The translations under genes were made by a program, and so were the position numbers. The notes beneath the pieces are model-generated. The model did no database searches, was not told where the DNA came from, and saw nothing but the letters and a program-made list of their open reading frames with translations. DNA of 64,000 nt, from contig JAGAYY010000025.1 in assembly GCA_017940265.1 (NCBI GenBank), positions 256,711 through 320,710 on the forward strand, written 5' to 3'. This document shows positions 16,590 through 26,003 of the stretch, in pieces. Numbering within the stretch: the stretch's first letter is position 1; every line of letters starts with the position of its first letter. This DNA comes from Bacilli bacterium. Lineage in GTDB: Bacteria; Bacillota_I; Bacilli_A; RFN20; CAG-826.

Positions 16590-17098
16590 GTTTTTAAATT
16601 TTATTATTCTATCCACCCTTGTATTTTTGGGCGGAATCAGGTCTTTATTCGATAGTAAGGATTTGAGAGCTTCTGAAGTGTGAAACTTCGATTTTATTTT
16701 CAATTTTCAAACATATCCTTATATGAATGTTTGGGTTCAAAAAAGTCGAAAAAATGTATAGGTTATATTGTTAAAACAAAAGGAATCTCGCCTTGGCTTT
16801 CGCCTCGGCTCGAGTCCATTCAAGGGATCTTCGGCTAAAGCCTTCGATCACATTCGGTCGGTTCCCTCCCTCACCTTGAATATAGTATTAGGTCTTGTAA
16901 TATCCTTTACTTCAAGTCTTTGAAGTAAAGATTCTGGTCCGGGCAACGACGAGCTTTAGCGAGGAGGGGCTAGGTGGGCGGACCAGAATGACGAAGTCTT
17001 TGATAACCCTAGAATCATATCAAATAAGTTATCATAGATAACACCCTAGATTCATTTATATACAAAGACAAATACTATAAGCAGAAGCTCTCAACTTC
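16590..17098 (-). promoter_or_regulatory. long structured upstream/leader region of SF2-like paralog 1
   Basis: No credible ORF. GC-rich island 16781-16990 with perfect 11-bp hairpins (16905-16930 and 16931-16989). Block 16655-16686 is conserved with 42708-42737. Confidence 0.45.
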
Positions 17099-17145
17099 AA
17101 AAAAAAAAAAAAAGCTCCGCGCCCGTGTTTTTAACGGTTGCGCGG
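17099..17145 (-). terminator. rho-independent terminator
   Basis: On the minus strand: stem CCGCGC..GCGCGG (17117-17145) with inner CCG/CGG, followed by 15 consecutive T (17099-17113). The stop of gene 17131-17493 lies in the loop. Confidence 0.85.
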
Positions 17146-17493
17146 CTTATTGTTGATTTGGTATTCGTGCATTGGATACCAGACCTCGGTTACTGTAATT
17201 CTATCTCCTACCTTCATATCATAGTAACCTTGAACTCCACGTCGGGATATCTCAAGCCCGGAATCTAATCTAACTCTAACCTTCCTGCGACAATGTTTAG
17301 AGCTTCGTTTACCAATGATAGTTCCGGTATGGGTGACTGGTTTGTGGTATTGGTTAACCACTGAATCACTAAATAGAGGATAAGTTTTAATCCACACGTA
17401 GTCTTTTGTTTCTTTGACTACTACCGGTCGTTTAGGTTCGGTACATCCTATTATTATCAGGAAGAGCGTTACTAGTCTACATAATTTCCACAT
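17131..17493 (-). CDS. putative lipoprotein
   Basis: 120 aa; signal plus lipobox LFLIIIGC. Confidence 0.65.
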   Translation of the reverse strand: MWKLCRLVTLFLIIIGCTEPKRPVVVKETKDYVWIKTYPLFSDSVVNQYHKPVTHTGTIIGKRSSKHCRRKVRVRLDSGLEISRRGVQGYYDMKVGDRITVTEVWYPMHEYQINNKPRNR

Positions 17494-17678
17494 ACCTTAC
17501 ATCTCTTAACAACACCTTCATCTTCCAAAGACTTCATCCATTCTTCTAGTGGTTCATTTGCCTTCCTAAATTCCTTATAGGCCTCATGTAGTCTTATTCT
17601 AGTCTGATAATCCATATACCACAGAGTTCCCACTAATATTACAGCCACTAGGACTAATACTACTTTTATTTTCCCCAT
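17472..17678 (-). CDS. small single-pass membrane protein
   Basis: 68 aa; KVVLVLVAVILVGTLWY. Confidence 0.55.
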   Translation of the reverse strand: MGKIKVVLVLVAVILVGTLWYMDYQTRIRLHEAYKEFRKANEPLEEWMKSLEDEGVVKRCKVCGNYVD

Positions 17679-18013
17679 TTGTCAATTATTCCTAACTTCA
17701 TTGCTTCTTTATACTCCTCAGGTCCGGAAAACACGTCAGCTAATTTTCCTGGAAGTCTAATGTCATCTACACTTATTCCCATATACTCCATACAATCTAG
17801 AGGAGTTATATTCCCATGTTCTGCTTCTAGATGATGAGACGAACAGAGAGCGGCACCATTAGAGAGATAATATCCTCCATCTTTCCATAACCCTCGATCT
17901 AAGATATGGTGAGCATCAACAGCTTCTTTGGTGCAACCGGGAACACAACATTTACCACTTGTCCTCTTGAATACTTGCTCTTTGAATTCTTGTCTTGTTA
18001 GCAGCTCTTCCAT
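17666..18013 (-). CDS. HNH endonuclease
   Basis: CCVPGC..DAHHILDR..NGAALCSSHHLEAEHG (Cys pair, HH..N..H core). Confidence 0.8.
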   Translation of the reverse strand: MEELLTRQEFKEQVFKRTSGKCCVPGCTKEAVDAHHILDRGLWKDGGYYLSNGAALCSSHHLEAEHGNITPLDCMEYMGISVDDIRLPGKLADVFSGPEEYKEAMKLGIIDKWGK

Positions 18014-18384
18014 TTATCAAACTCTTTCTTTTTCTCTTCCAGATATTTTAGGTGTGATCTAGCTTCTTTTAGTTCTTTGTCGATAGTTTTGGTAGCATTC
18101 TCATAAAGTTTGGACTGAATAATTTCCCATATATCGTCTGGAATTTCTGAGTACCTAATTCGTTCACTAGGTTCCCATAAGTTTTCATTTACGGTTGGGT
18201 CTTCGAATACATAGTTAATCCAATCCTCACCATCTCTATCGGCCTCATAACAATAACTAAGGGTAATTGATTTATCCATTAGTCGTATTCTGGGGTAGAC
18301 ATGTTCATATGGGGTGGATTGATACCTCGGATTATTATTAACTAGATTAGCAAAGAATAATCCTACTTTTTCATCTATAATCAT
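17998..18384 (-). CDS. hypothetical protein
   Basis: 128-aa ORF. Confidence 0.65.
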   Translation of the reverse strand: MIIDEKVGLFFANLVNNNPRYQSTPYEHVYPRIRLMDKSITLSYCYEADRDGEDWINYVFEDPTVNENLWEPSERIRYSEIPDDIWEIIQSKLYENATKTIDKELKEARSHLKYLEEKKKEFDKWKSC

Positions 18385-18452
18385 TACCTGATCACTTCAT
18401 CTGCTGCAATAAGGTAATATACTTCTTATGTTCTTAATCCTATCATGTAGCT

Positions 18453-19559
18453 TCATACTATTTCCCATTTAACTTCTTGTGCTTCGTAATATTCTGGGAG
18501 GACTAGAGAAGATATCATTTTATCTATTACCTCTTCCGGAACAATAGCCTCCCTGGAATGATTTCTCTTAGTTTGTTCTTCGGGCGTAGTCTCCAGATAT
18601 ATGATTTTGACTCTTGCCTTATAGGATTCGAAAAGATCTATTAGTTGTCCTCTCGACCTACCTAAGTTGGTTGCATTCCATACGAAGGATTCTTTTCTCC
18701 TTAGGTATTCTTTTGCTTTCTCCTTGGCGGCCTGAATTATTTTACCGTCGATCGAACCCGGCTTAAGTCCTAATTCCTCCCTAATCTGATCCAAGGAAAT
18801 TACGGCCAGATCAGAGTTCTTCTTTATCCACGTGTCCTTGCCTGTTCCCGGAAGACCACACATAAGGATTACTTCTCCCCAGGTGTCATCAAATAAGGAA
18901 GGTCTAGAACAATTCCCCGTTCCGAATCCTAGGAACTTATGATCTGAATAAGGATCTTCTCCAAGGTGTCCCATCCCCTCTAGTAATCCTTCATCTTCTG
19001 CCAAGACCCTGAAATATTCAATATTTTCCAAGGAAACTTCTTTATCGGCGCAGATTCTTCCTTGGATATCTGCTTTCGAGAGTCTATACAAGAGATCTAA
19101 ATTAAAATCTGGGCTGAGGAATCCGGTAGCAGCAATCCGATAGAGTTTAGGAATTCCGTCACTATCGGTTAAAGCATGTGGAGGAAAACCATGATACCTA
19201 ACGAGAGAGACAACCGCTTCTCTGTACAGCATAGCCTCTTTAGTTCCTACTAATCCGAACTTTTTCCATAATATCTCACGGGTCATTTTTGCACCGATGA
19301 TAGAGTGATTTGGACATACTATATCACCGTTGCCTAGGTCTTGAGTGGTTCTGATTTTCCCGATATCATGAAGAAGAGCTGCAATCCTGAGGATAGATTC
19401 CTGATATTCGGTAAGGCCAATAGTGTCTAGAGAATCATAGACTAGTCTGGTATGTGTATAGACATCTCCTTCTCCATGGTATTTCTTGTCTTGTGGAGTT
19501 TCTTTCAAGGAGTCGACCAGACCGGATAAACAATTCTCTTCTATTTCCTTATACTTCAT
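18453..19559 (-). CDS. HD-Pnk type RNA/DNA end-healing enzyme (N-terminal HD phosphoesterase + C-terminal P-loop polynucleotide kinase)
   Basis: HD domain: HGEGDVYTHT.., LLHDIGK. Kinase: ILMCGLPGTGKDTWI. Start taken at ATG 19559 (longest ORF starts at 19601). Confidence 0.8.
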   Translation of the reverse strand: MKYKEIEENCLSGLVDSLKETPQDKKYHGEGDVYTHTRLVYDSLDTIGLTEYQESILRIAALLHDIGKIRTTQDLGNGDIVCPNHSIIGAKMTREILWKKFGLVGTKEAMLYREAVVSLVRYHGFPPHALTDSDGIPKLYRIAATGFLSPDFNLDLLYRLSKADIQGRICADKEVSLENIEYFRVLAEDEGLLEGMGHLGEDPYSDHKFLGFGTGNCSRPSLFDDTWGEVILMCGLPGTGKDTWIKKNSDLAVISLDQIREELGLKPGSIDGKIIQAAKEKAKEYLRRKESFVWNATNLGRSRGQLIDLFESYKARVKIIYLETTPEEQTKRNHSREAIVPEEVIDKMISSLVLPEYYEAQEVKWEIV

Positions 19560-20235
19560 ACACAAGTTTAGCTCGTTTCCAGTTTTTAGCCCAGAAGACA
19601 TCGGTTCTAACGTGATGAGGTCTTACGTACTTGCAAACATGGCGTGGAAATTCGTCCCCAAGACCAAATCCTTCGGTAGTTCTCATTACCACGCCCTCTT
19701 TCTCGATTCCGTAGGTTGAAGGATATTTCATTTGTTCGAGAATAAGTTCTTTAATTTGTTCCTCTGATTCTGCTACTCCTCTCCAAAGAACTGGGACATG
19801 TGGTATTTGTAAGAGCTCAGAGAATTCGGTCACTTCATCCCAAGAATACCATCTCTTATTATCCCTTACGGCGAAGAGATGATAGTAGGAAGGAAGTTTA
19901 TTGTACTCGATTGAATGAATTCCGAAGAGGTTTTCACCATAGATTAGTTCATCTTCACCAATCAAGTCCTTAAGGGTCCAGAATATACCACCAGTTCCCC
20001 ACATATTCCTAGACCAATCCGAGCGTGTGGGGGCGGCATGGGATCTGGCATAAACATCAAAGTGTGAACAAGACGTATTTTCTCCATCTAATTTCTCGGT
20101 TAGGACTATTTCTTTTCCTCTATAATCCTCAAACCAGCCATCATGGAGTAGTCTGTCATCTGATGTAGTCCCAGGTGAAAATGGGACATGATACGTTCTA
20201 GGATACTTCTGATTATCTATTATTTCTTTTTCCAT
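19549..20235 (-). CDS. ATP-dependent RNA ligase (RNA_ligase / nucleotidyltransferase-only type)
   Basis: YPRTYHVPFSPG.., motif I EKLDGEN, motif III IYGENLFG, motif IV EGVVMR, motif V KYVR. Confidence 0.85.
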   Translation of the reverse strand: MEKEIIDNQKYPRTYHVPFSPGTTSDDRLLHDGWFEDYRGKEIVLTEKLDGENTSCSHFDVYARSHAAPTRSDWSRNMWGTGGIFWTLKDLIGEDELIYGENLFGIHSIEYNKLPSYYHLFAVRDNKRWYSWDEVTEFSELLQIPHVPVLWRGVAESEEQIKELILEQMKYPSTYGIEKEGVVMRTTEGFGLGDEFPRHVCKYVRPHHVRTDVFWAKNWKRAKLVYEV

Positions 20236-20261
20236 AACAATAATAAGGAATAGCGGTTAAG

Positions 20262-21098
20262 CTATTCCGTATATAGTTCATTTATTGAGTCTAAAATAAG
20301 TTCCGCCAGATCTCTATGTGTATCTAGGTTATAATCTTGATCCCCTGTTTTTGAAGGATGGAAATAATCTGGCATTCTTAGTAATTTGGTATAAAGAGTG
20401 AGGAACCTATTAATTTCATAGTCCGCTTTCTCAAACACTTCAATTTCTTTGTCTGCCGGAAGTTGTTTGAACAGAGCCATGAAATATTCTGACATTCCCT
20501 CATGACTGTAGATGCCATATTTCTTGGACTTAATAATCTCTTGACATTTTTCGGGAAGCCATATTCCATCTCCTACACCTTTTCCAAAGAATTTAGGAAG
20601 TTTTAGGTTTCTATGATTCTTCCATTCTTTAATGATATCCCTAAACCCAGATAATAAATCCTCTTTTGTCTTAGTAAATTCTAGGTAGATACTTTCATGT
20701 TCCATCATTAAGGATAAGGTAGGGTTTTGATTTCGGAGTCTATTAGTAATCGGAAGAATTCTAGTATATGTATCTTTATCCTTACCTTCCCAATACTTAA
20801 TATTATCCTGAAGGCCTTTCCCATAGAGACAACGTTCTACGCTTTTTAGGATTTCTTCAATACCTACTCCAAAATAATTTTCTAGAGCATCAACAACTGG
20901 CCCGGAATCTATATTCCCTACTGCTCCATAATCATCATATTTTCCATACACCGGAAGAAAATATGGAGCAATAACTGAGTCTGGATAGTACAACTCTCTA
21001 AAACCTCTATGTGTTTCTATTCCGATAAAACACGCTACTCTCTGCCCTGCTAATATTGGGAGACGAGATAAAAATCCTGTAGTATTAAAACATCCCAT
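20262..21098 (-). CDS. hypothetical protein
   Basis: 278-aa ORF. Confidence 0.75.
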   Translation of the reverse strand: MGCFNTTGFLSRLPILAGQRVACFIGIETHRGFRELYYPDSVIAPYFLPVYGKYDDYGAVGNIDSGPVVDALENYFGVGIEEILKSVERCLYGKGLQDNIKYWEGKDKDTYTRILPITNRLRNQNPTLSLMMEHESIYLEFTKTKEDLLSGFRDIIKEWKNHRNLKLPKFFGKGVGDGIWLPEKCQEIIKSKKYGIYSHEGMSEYFMALFKQLPADKEIEVFEKADYEINRFLTLYTKLLRMPDYFHPSKTGDQDYNLDTHRDLAELILDSINELYTE

Positions 21099-21329
21099 TT
21101 ATATTTTTCCTCCAAAATATTTAAACCAATATTCATAGAACGGCTTAAACCAATGATTAACCGTCCATACCAAAGCTCCTATTAAAACCACTAACCAAGA
21201 GAAAGCTGCTATATCAATAGAGAATGTACCTTTCTTCTCTAAGGCATTATCTTTAGCTATAATAATTAAAGCCAGCAAAACACCGATAAGATATATTCCA
21301 GCTACACTAATAAATGCTATCATACTCAC
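21099..21329 (-). CDS. small two-TM membrane protein
   Basis: 76 aa, two hydrophobic helices. Confidence 0.6.
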   Translation of the reverse strand: MSMIAFISVAGIYLIGVLLALIIIAKDNALEKKGTFSIDIAAFSWLVVLIGALVWTVNHWFKPFYEYWFKYFGGKI

Positions 21330-22014
21330 TAAGTTTCTTTTGTGTATCCTCTATTTCAGTCTTAGTAGGTTCATGATTCGGATCTAGCCTTAAAATTTGT
21401 TCCTGCAGTTTTAGGATTTCTTTAAGTCTTCGATATTCTTTGTCCAGCCGTTTCTTAGGTGTGGGAGGTATATAAGATGCGCATTTTTCTTCTATATCGT
21501 CTCCCTGTTCAAATAGAAACTTAAACTCTCTAATATCGTGTCCAAAGAATTCTGCATCTTTTAAAGCATAGGATTTCTTAATGACTTCGGATTTATCATG
21601 ATCTACATTTTCCGGGTTAGCTAAGAAACAAAATCCTACACTTTCAATATCTTTAAGCATTTCTTCTAGACTATCGAATCCACATATTTGAATTCCATGG
21701 TCTGTATCCATTCCTGTAGCTGGGTAATCGAAGTGAATAAGTCGGAGAGCACAATATTCTTCTACCTTATTCCCCGGTGTACTCTCTAATGCTTCCTCTA
21801 GTTCTTCCCAAGTATTTTCTCCAAGAGCTACTAACTTTTTCAAGAGAGGTTCCATTCGCATAAACCTTCTATAGAGATTAAGCTTAGTATCCCAGAGCAA
21901 ATATAGGCGTTGAGCTCTTTTATATCCGTCATTAAATCCCCAGAAACAGATTGCTTCTTCCTGATTTCCTTTTAGCTTGGTTAATTCTGTTTTAATGTCC
22001 ATAAGCTTCTTCAT
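21307..22014 (-). CDS. hypothetical protein
   Basis: 235-aa ORF. Confidence 0.7.
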   Translation of the reverse strand: MKKLMDIKTELTKLKGNQEEAICFWGFNDGYKRAQRLYLLWDTKLNLYRRFMRMEPLLKKLVALGENTWEELEEALESTPGNKVEEYCALRLIHFDYPATGMDTDHGIQICGFDSLEEMLKDIESVGFCFLANPENVDHDKSEVIKKSYALKDAEFFGHDIREFKFLFEQGDDIEEKCASYIPPTPKKRLDKEYRRLKEILKLQEQILRLDPNHEPTKTEIEDTQKKLSEYDSIY

Positions 22015-22154
22015 TTATTACCGCCTTTAGTTCGCTTGCCAAGTTCGGATTCTAGATCTTTGACTCGTCGGATTGCTTCCAGCGAGACAACGAATGCTAC
22101 GAGTCCTAAGAATAATCCGAAAACTAAGCAAGCACTGAGAAAGGCGGTTTTCAT
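22011..22154 (-). CDS. small membrane protein (47 aa, below ORF-track cutoff)
   Basis: Own translation MKTAFLSACLVFGLFLGLVAFVVSLEAIRRVKDLESELGKRTKGGNK*; ATGA start/stop overlaps with both neighbours. Confidence 0.4.
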   Translation of the reverse strand: MKTAFLSACLVFGLFLGLVAFVVSLEAIRRVKDLESELGKRTKGGNK

Positions 22155-22378
22155 CTTGGTTCAATTACGCTAATGTTTCCGTTATTTCCCGTAGTGATTA
22201 AGAGAGTTCTGTAGTCGGAAGTTCTTATTTTCCAAACTGTCACGTGATTTCCATCCAAGACACCACTGTAAATAATTCTCTCACTACCTATCCTCTCACC
22301 TCCCCGTCTATATTGTGGGGTGGCATATATTAATACTGCTACTAATACTATAATAATAATTACTAATAATTTTTTCAT
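22151..22378 (-). CDS. small secreted/membrane-anchored protein
   Basis: 75 aa; KKLLVIIIIVLVAVLIY. Confidence 0.55.
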   Translation of the reverse strand: MKKLLVIIIIVLVAVLIYATPQYRRGGERIGSERIIYSGVLDGNHVTVWKIRTSDYRTLLITTGNNGNISVIEPR

Positions 22379-22998
22379 ATTAATTCGTCTTTAAATTTCA
22401 TAGCAACATCCATTGGTATACTAACTCTTTTAGGGAGCCCATCTACCATAGCTAAATTCCAACATGCGCACTTAACCGGTTCCTTATAGGTCCACCCCGA
22501 ACAAGTTTTATTTTCAACGCACTTAGGAGCAGGACAACCAACTCTACATATATGATCTTCTTTGATAAACGGCTGTCCTTTATAGAATTTATTCCAGCTT
22601 TCCTCACTTTCTTTTAGAGAAGATTCAGGATATTCTTCATAGCCACAAGTGAATGAATGTAAGGTGAAGAGATGACCCACTAGACTTTTGATCTTTTCTC
22701 TCCTCCACTCAATCTCTTTTTGTGCATCTTCTTGAGTATGTCCGAATGCTAAATTATTTCTTGTTATTGCACCGGGCTGTAATGAGAAATACCAAGAAAG
22801 ACATCTATTATCATGTGGAGCTCCATCTAGGAAGGCATACTCTATATAAGTCCCTTCCTCATCTTCTCTTAGCCATACATATTTTTTCTCTTCTCCAGAT
22901 AATATGGCATGAACTCTTATAACTTCTAATTCATCATTTGTTGGTTTCATATTATTTATAAGGAAATAAAAGAAAGAAGACTTAATGTCCTCTTTCAT
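22375..22998 (-). CDS. hypothetical Cys-rich protein
   Basis: 207-aa ORF. Confidence 0.7.
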   Translation of the reverse strand: MKEDIKSSFFYFLINNMKPTNDELEVIRVHAILSGEEKKYVWLREDEEGTYIEYAFLDGAPHDNRCLSWYFSLQPGAITRNNLAFGHTQEDAQKEIEWRREKIKSLVGHLFTLHSFTCGYEEYPESSLKESEESWNKFYKGQPFIKEDHICRVGCPAPKCVENKTCSGWTYKEPVKCACWNLAMVDGLPKRVSIPMDVAMKFKDELI

Positions 22999-23600
22999 TT
23001 TACTATACCCTTAACACATTCAGAAACTAACTTACCATCTGCTCTTTCGAACGCTTTCTTTGCTTTTCCTATAGTTGGGCCCATCTCTTTTTGTGTGATC
23101 CCGTCAGGAAAATTTTCATTAAGCCATTCGATAATATCCTCACGACTAGCTTCTTTCGGTAGCCAAAATTCTAGGATACTTAATTCATATTTCTCCTTCT
23201 CAAGTTGAGTTCCTTTATAAATGCCAATATTTTCCTTATGAGCCTTAACAAGTTTTTCTATAATAGGTCTAGAGAATTGTTCTGGCATTAAGTTAATCCT
23301 CTCCTCCATAGTCTGATCGATAACTTTGACCTCTACAAGTTTATTAGTTTTCTCATCTTTTACTGTTTCGAGGTGAGTTGTAATTTTTCCTTCTGAAATC
23401 AAGAAATCAATGAGCTCCTGATTTTTAGTTAACTCCTCCATAAACAGGGACTTAATGATTTTGAAGAGCCCAAGTTTAGTAGAAAGACTAAAAAGTTTCT
23501 CTGATTCTTCGACTGTTATTTCTCTACCCTTTGTTTCTAACTTAAGAGGCATATATTCATCTGTTACCTCTTTGATCAATCTGTTAATATTAATTTCCAT
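22995..23600 (-). CDS. hypothetical protein with GatB/YqeY-like C-terminus
   Basis: 201 aa; C-terminus ..QKEMGPTIGKAKKAFERADGKLVSECVKGIV resembles the YqeY domain; by eye. Confidence 0.65.
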   Translation of the reverse strand: MEININRLIKEVTDEYMPLKLETKGREITVEESEKLFSLSTKLGLFKIIKSLFMEELTKNQELIDFLISEGKITTHLETVKDEKTNKLVEVKVIDQTMEERINLMPEQFSRPIIEKLVKAHKENIGIYKGTQLEKEKYELSILEFWLPKEASREDIIEWLNENFPDGITQKEMGPTIGKAKKAFERADGKLVSECVKGIVK

Positions 23601-23609
23601 AACTTTACT

Positions 23610-23924
23610 TTATTTATTATCACGATTCTTTCCTATATGATAACCATCACAGAATAAGCACTTATAGTATGAAAAATGTTTACCGTGTTTAAGGCTCATT
23701 TTCTCTGCACTCTTTCTAGCGGTTTCTTTTGTATTATACATTATTTTAGGTTTCCCTGAGGTTTGATTTATATGGGAATTAATCGAGAAAGCACCCCAAG
23801 CATTTCGTGTTATAAAGAAATTTCTGAAGGCTGTTCCTCGTTTGATTTGATCCCATAACCAAATCCAGAGGTTCTTTAATTTTATTCTAGGCATACTGTT
23901 ATAATAGTTTCTTCTCCCATCCAA
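23610..23924 (-). CDS. hypothetical protein
   Basis: 104 aa; C-terminal YYKCLFCDGYHIG. Confidence 0.6.
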   Translation of the reverse strand: MDGRRNYYNSMPRIKLKNLWIWLWDQIKRGTAFRNFFITRNAWGAFSINSHINQTSGKPKIMYNTKETARKSAEKMSLKHGKHFSYYKCLFCDGYHIGKNRDNK

Positions 23925-24100
23925 CCTATCGTACTTCTAACGCTTTTAATTTTAGATGGTGGAATATCTCCGATTGATAATTCACATCCAGGAATTAATG
24001 AGGGAAGAGGAAAATTAGCAATTACCTCTATACTCTCATATTCTGGTTTCTCTACTATAACTTTATAAACTCTGTCTAAATATATTTCTCTATTTTTCAT
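23882..24100 (-). CDS. hypothetical protein
   Basis: 72-aa ORF. Confidence 0.5.
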   Translation of the reverse strand: MKNREIYLDRVYKVIVEKPEYESIEVIANFPLPSLIPGCELSIGDIPPSKIKSVRSTIGWMGEETIITVCLE

Positions 24101-24121
24101 ATGTCTCGGAAGGAGGTTGGT

Positions 24122-24373
24122 TTATTCCTCCTGCTCTTCTCTGCGTCTTTCTAATTCCCTCGCCCAAAAGTCTCTCCATCCTTCTTTCTTATATTTAGCC
24201 TTATAGTTAGGATAGTATTTTTCTTTACCTTCTTTCTGGATAAAGGGATCATTAGGCTCGCAGTAGTTATCTAGCATTCCATCTATTTCCCTGAACCAAT
24301 AACCTAAATAACCACATGCCCATCCTCCGTCATCCTTACAGAGGTGAACACAGATTCTACAGTTACTTGCCAC
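24122..24373 (-). CDS. hypothetical protein
   Basis: 83-aa ORF. Confidence 0.55.
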   Translation of the reverse strand: MASNCRICVHLCKDDGGWACGYLGYWFREIDGMLDNYCEPNDPFIQKEGKEKYYPNYKAKYKKEGWRDFWARELERRREEQEE

Positions 24374-24761
24374 AGTGTAGAAGTATATTAATCACTCTTT
24401 TACATCTATCTCTGAATCTCATTGCCTTCTCTTTGGTTCCGTGAGCAAGAAGGTTAGCATATATTTTTTCTTGGGTTATCCTTATATATTTTACCCTAGA
24501 CCTATCCATTGCCTTAAGGATTATCCAGAAATTCATAGGAACTTCTCCACCCTCTTTGGTTAACTTAAGATCCAGCACTCCTATTTCTCTCCTCAGTCCT
24601 TTGGATTCGAAGCATTCAGTACAGATATGCCCTTTCACTGGCCAATCTTCTTTTTGGCAAGTATCAATCCATATTTTGTCCTTAACCACAAACCAATCTT
24701 CAGGCTTAGTGAGATAGGAACCACAGCTATCACACTTAAATCTCTTGTCCTCAGTTCTCAT
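24363..24761 (-). CDS. zinc-finger protein
   Basis: CDSCGS..C..CTEC Cys pairs. Confidence 0.6.
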   Translation of the reverse strand: MRTEDKRFKCDSCGSYLTKPEDWFVVKDKIWIDTCQKEDWPVKGHICTECFESKGLRREIGVLDLKLTKEGGEVPMNFWIILKAMDRSRVKYIRITQEKIYANLLAHGTKEKAMRFRDRCKRVINILLHCGK

Positions 24762-25513
24762 TTCTTAATCTCAATATAGAATTCATGTGTAACCCATTTT
24801 TCCCACGAACCTTCGATCCGGAGAACTGTACCTACCGGAAGATTCCATCTCTTAATAAGTCTAGAAATTTTTCTCTTCGAGAGGGGACCCCAGAAATTTG
24901 CTGTGTTAGTTTGTTTGTCACTTTCATGGGCTTCTTGCCAAGTATACCACATCCTAGTTCTTTCATCATACCAGAAACTATCTCCTTCCGGTTCCTTGAC
25001 TACTTGAATCCACCACCAAATTTTTCGATCTCGGAGTTGACACCAATATTTGACGTCTTTGATTCTGTAGTGTTTACTCCCCTTACGAATATAGTTATCA
25101 TAGTCTGAAGTTCTAGCCTTAATGTTTTCGTAACTAAATTTATATTGTACTTCCCGTAGTCTCTCCTGAATGAACTCTATCGGGCAATTACGAATCAACC
25201 AGATATCAAATACACAAGAGGTATTCCATAGTACACATTCACCTACCTCATCTATCGGAGTAGGTTTCCAATCAGGGCCCCAGAGTTTTTTCTCTTCGGC
25301 TATATACTCCGGATTTTCTAGGTTTTTCTGATATCGATCACGTTGTCCTTTGATTGACTCTTCGAACTCGGGCTTAGTCCACTCCCATAAATAATTCTTC
25401 GGGTTTAATCTATTTCCATAGTCATCGGTCACTATTCCTACCGACTCAACCCATTTTTTAACCTCTAAGTACTGTTCCCACTTTTTGAAATAGGTTTTAT
25501 CAATTCCTGCCAT
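24758..25513 (-). CDS. hypothetical Trp-rich protein
   Basis: 251-aa ORF. Confidence 0.75.
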   Translation of the reverse strand: MAGIDKTYFKKWEQYLEVKKWVESVGIVTDDYGNRLNPKNYLWEWTKPEFEESIKGQRDRYQKNLENPEYIAEEKKLWGPDWKPTPIDEVGECVLWNTSCVFDIWLIRNCPIEFIQERLREVQYKFSYENIKARTSDYDNYIRKGSKHYRIKDVKYWCQLRDRKIWWWIQVVKEPEGDSFWYDERTRMWYTWQEAHESDKQTNTANFWGPLSKRKISRLIKRWNLPVGTVLRIEGSWEKWVTHEFYIEIKK

Positions 25514-26003
25514 ACCACATTAAGGTGTTATTAATTCTAGCATTTAGTGAACTCCATTTATTATCCCGTGGTTTCCATCTCTCCCTTAATAACTCCTTCC
25601 TCTCTAATAAATCCATATGGTGTTCGGGAGTTGGAAGTATTCTAGGATTAAGGGATGAAAACCATTCCAAGGCTTCGGGGTCTAGTGGATACATGATAGG
25701 TTCTGCTTGTTTATCCCTCCAAAGATGACGATATACAGCAATAGTATGTCTTATATCCGTTAATCCGTCTATCTCCTCGTCATTCAGTTCCTTAAGATTC
25801 AGACCTTTATACGCCCAAGAAATATGTTTAATAATTTTTCTTAAGGTATCGAAATCAGCATGATCTTCAGGGATGAATTTACCAAAGAGAGTGATTGCAT
25901 TATCTGGCACTTTCTTAGGGAGATAGAAACTAATCTTATTTTCTTTCAATAATTCTTTTACTGTTTCTATAATTTGTTTGTTATTCATGTTGTACTTTTT
26001 CAA
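25500..26003 (-). CDS. hypothetical protein
   Basis: 167-aa ORF. Confidence 0.7.
   Translation of the reverse strand: MKKYNMNNKQIIETVKELLKENKISFYLPKKVPDNAITLFGKFIPEDHADFDTLRKIIKHISWAYKGLNLKELNDEEIDGLTDIRHTIAVYRHLWRDKQAEPIMYPLDPEALEWFSSLNPRILPTPEHHMDLLERKELLRERWKPRDNKWSSLNARINNTLMWYGRN

Noticed and set aside
16590-16703. TTG-initiated N-terminal extensions of the SF2-like genes (also 42773-42820)
   Set aside because: Both start at TTG. The extension of paralog 1 is homologous at the DNA level to a stop-containing stretch upstream of paralog 2. The ATGs at 16589 and 42821 give matching N-termini.
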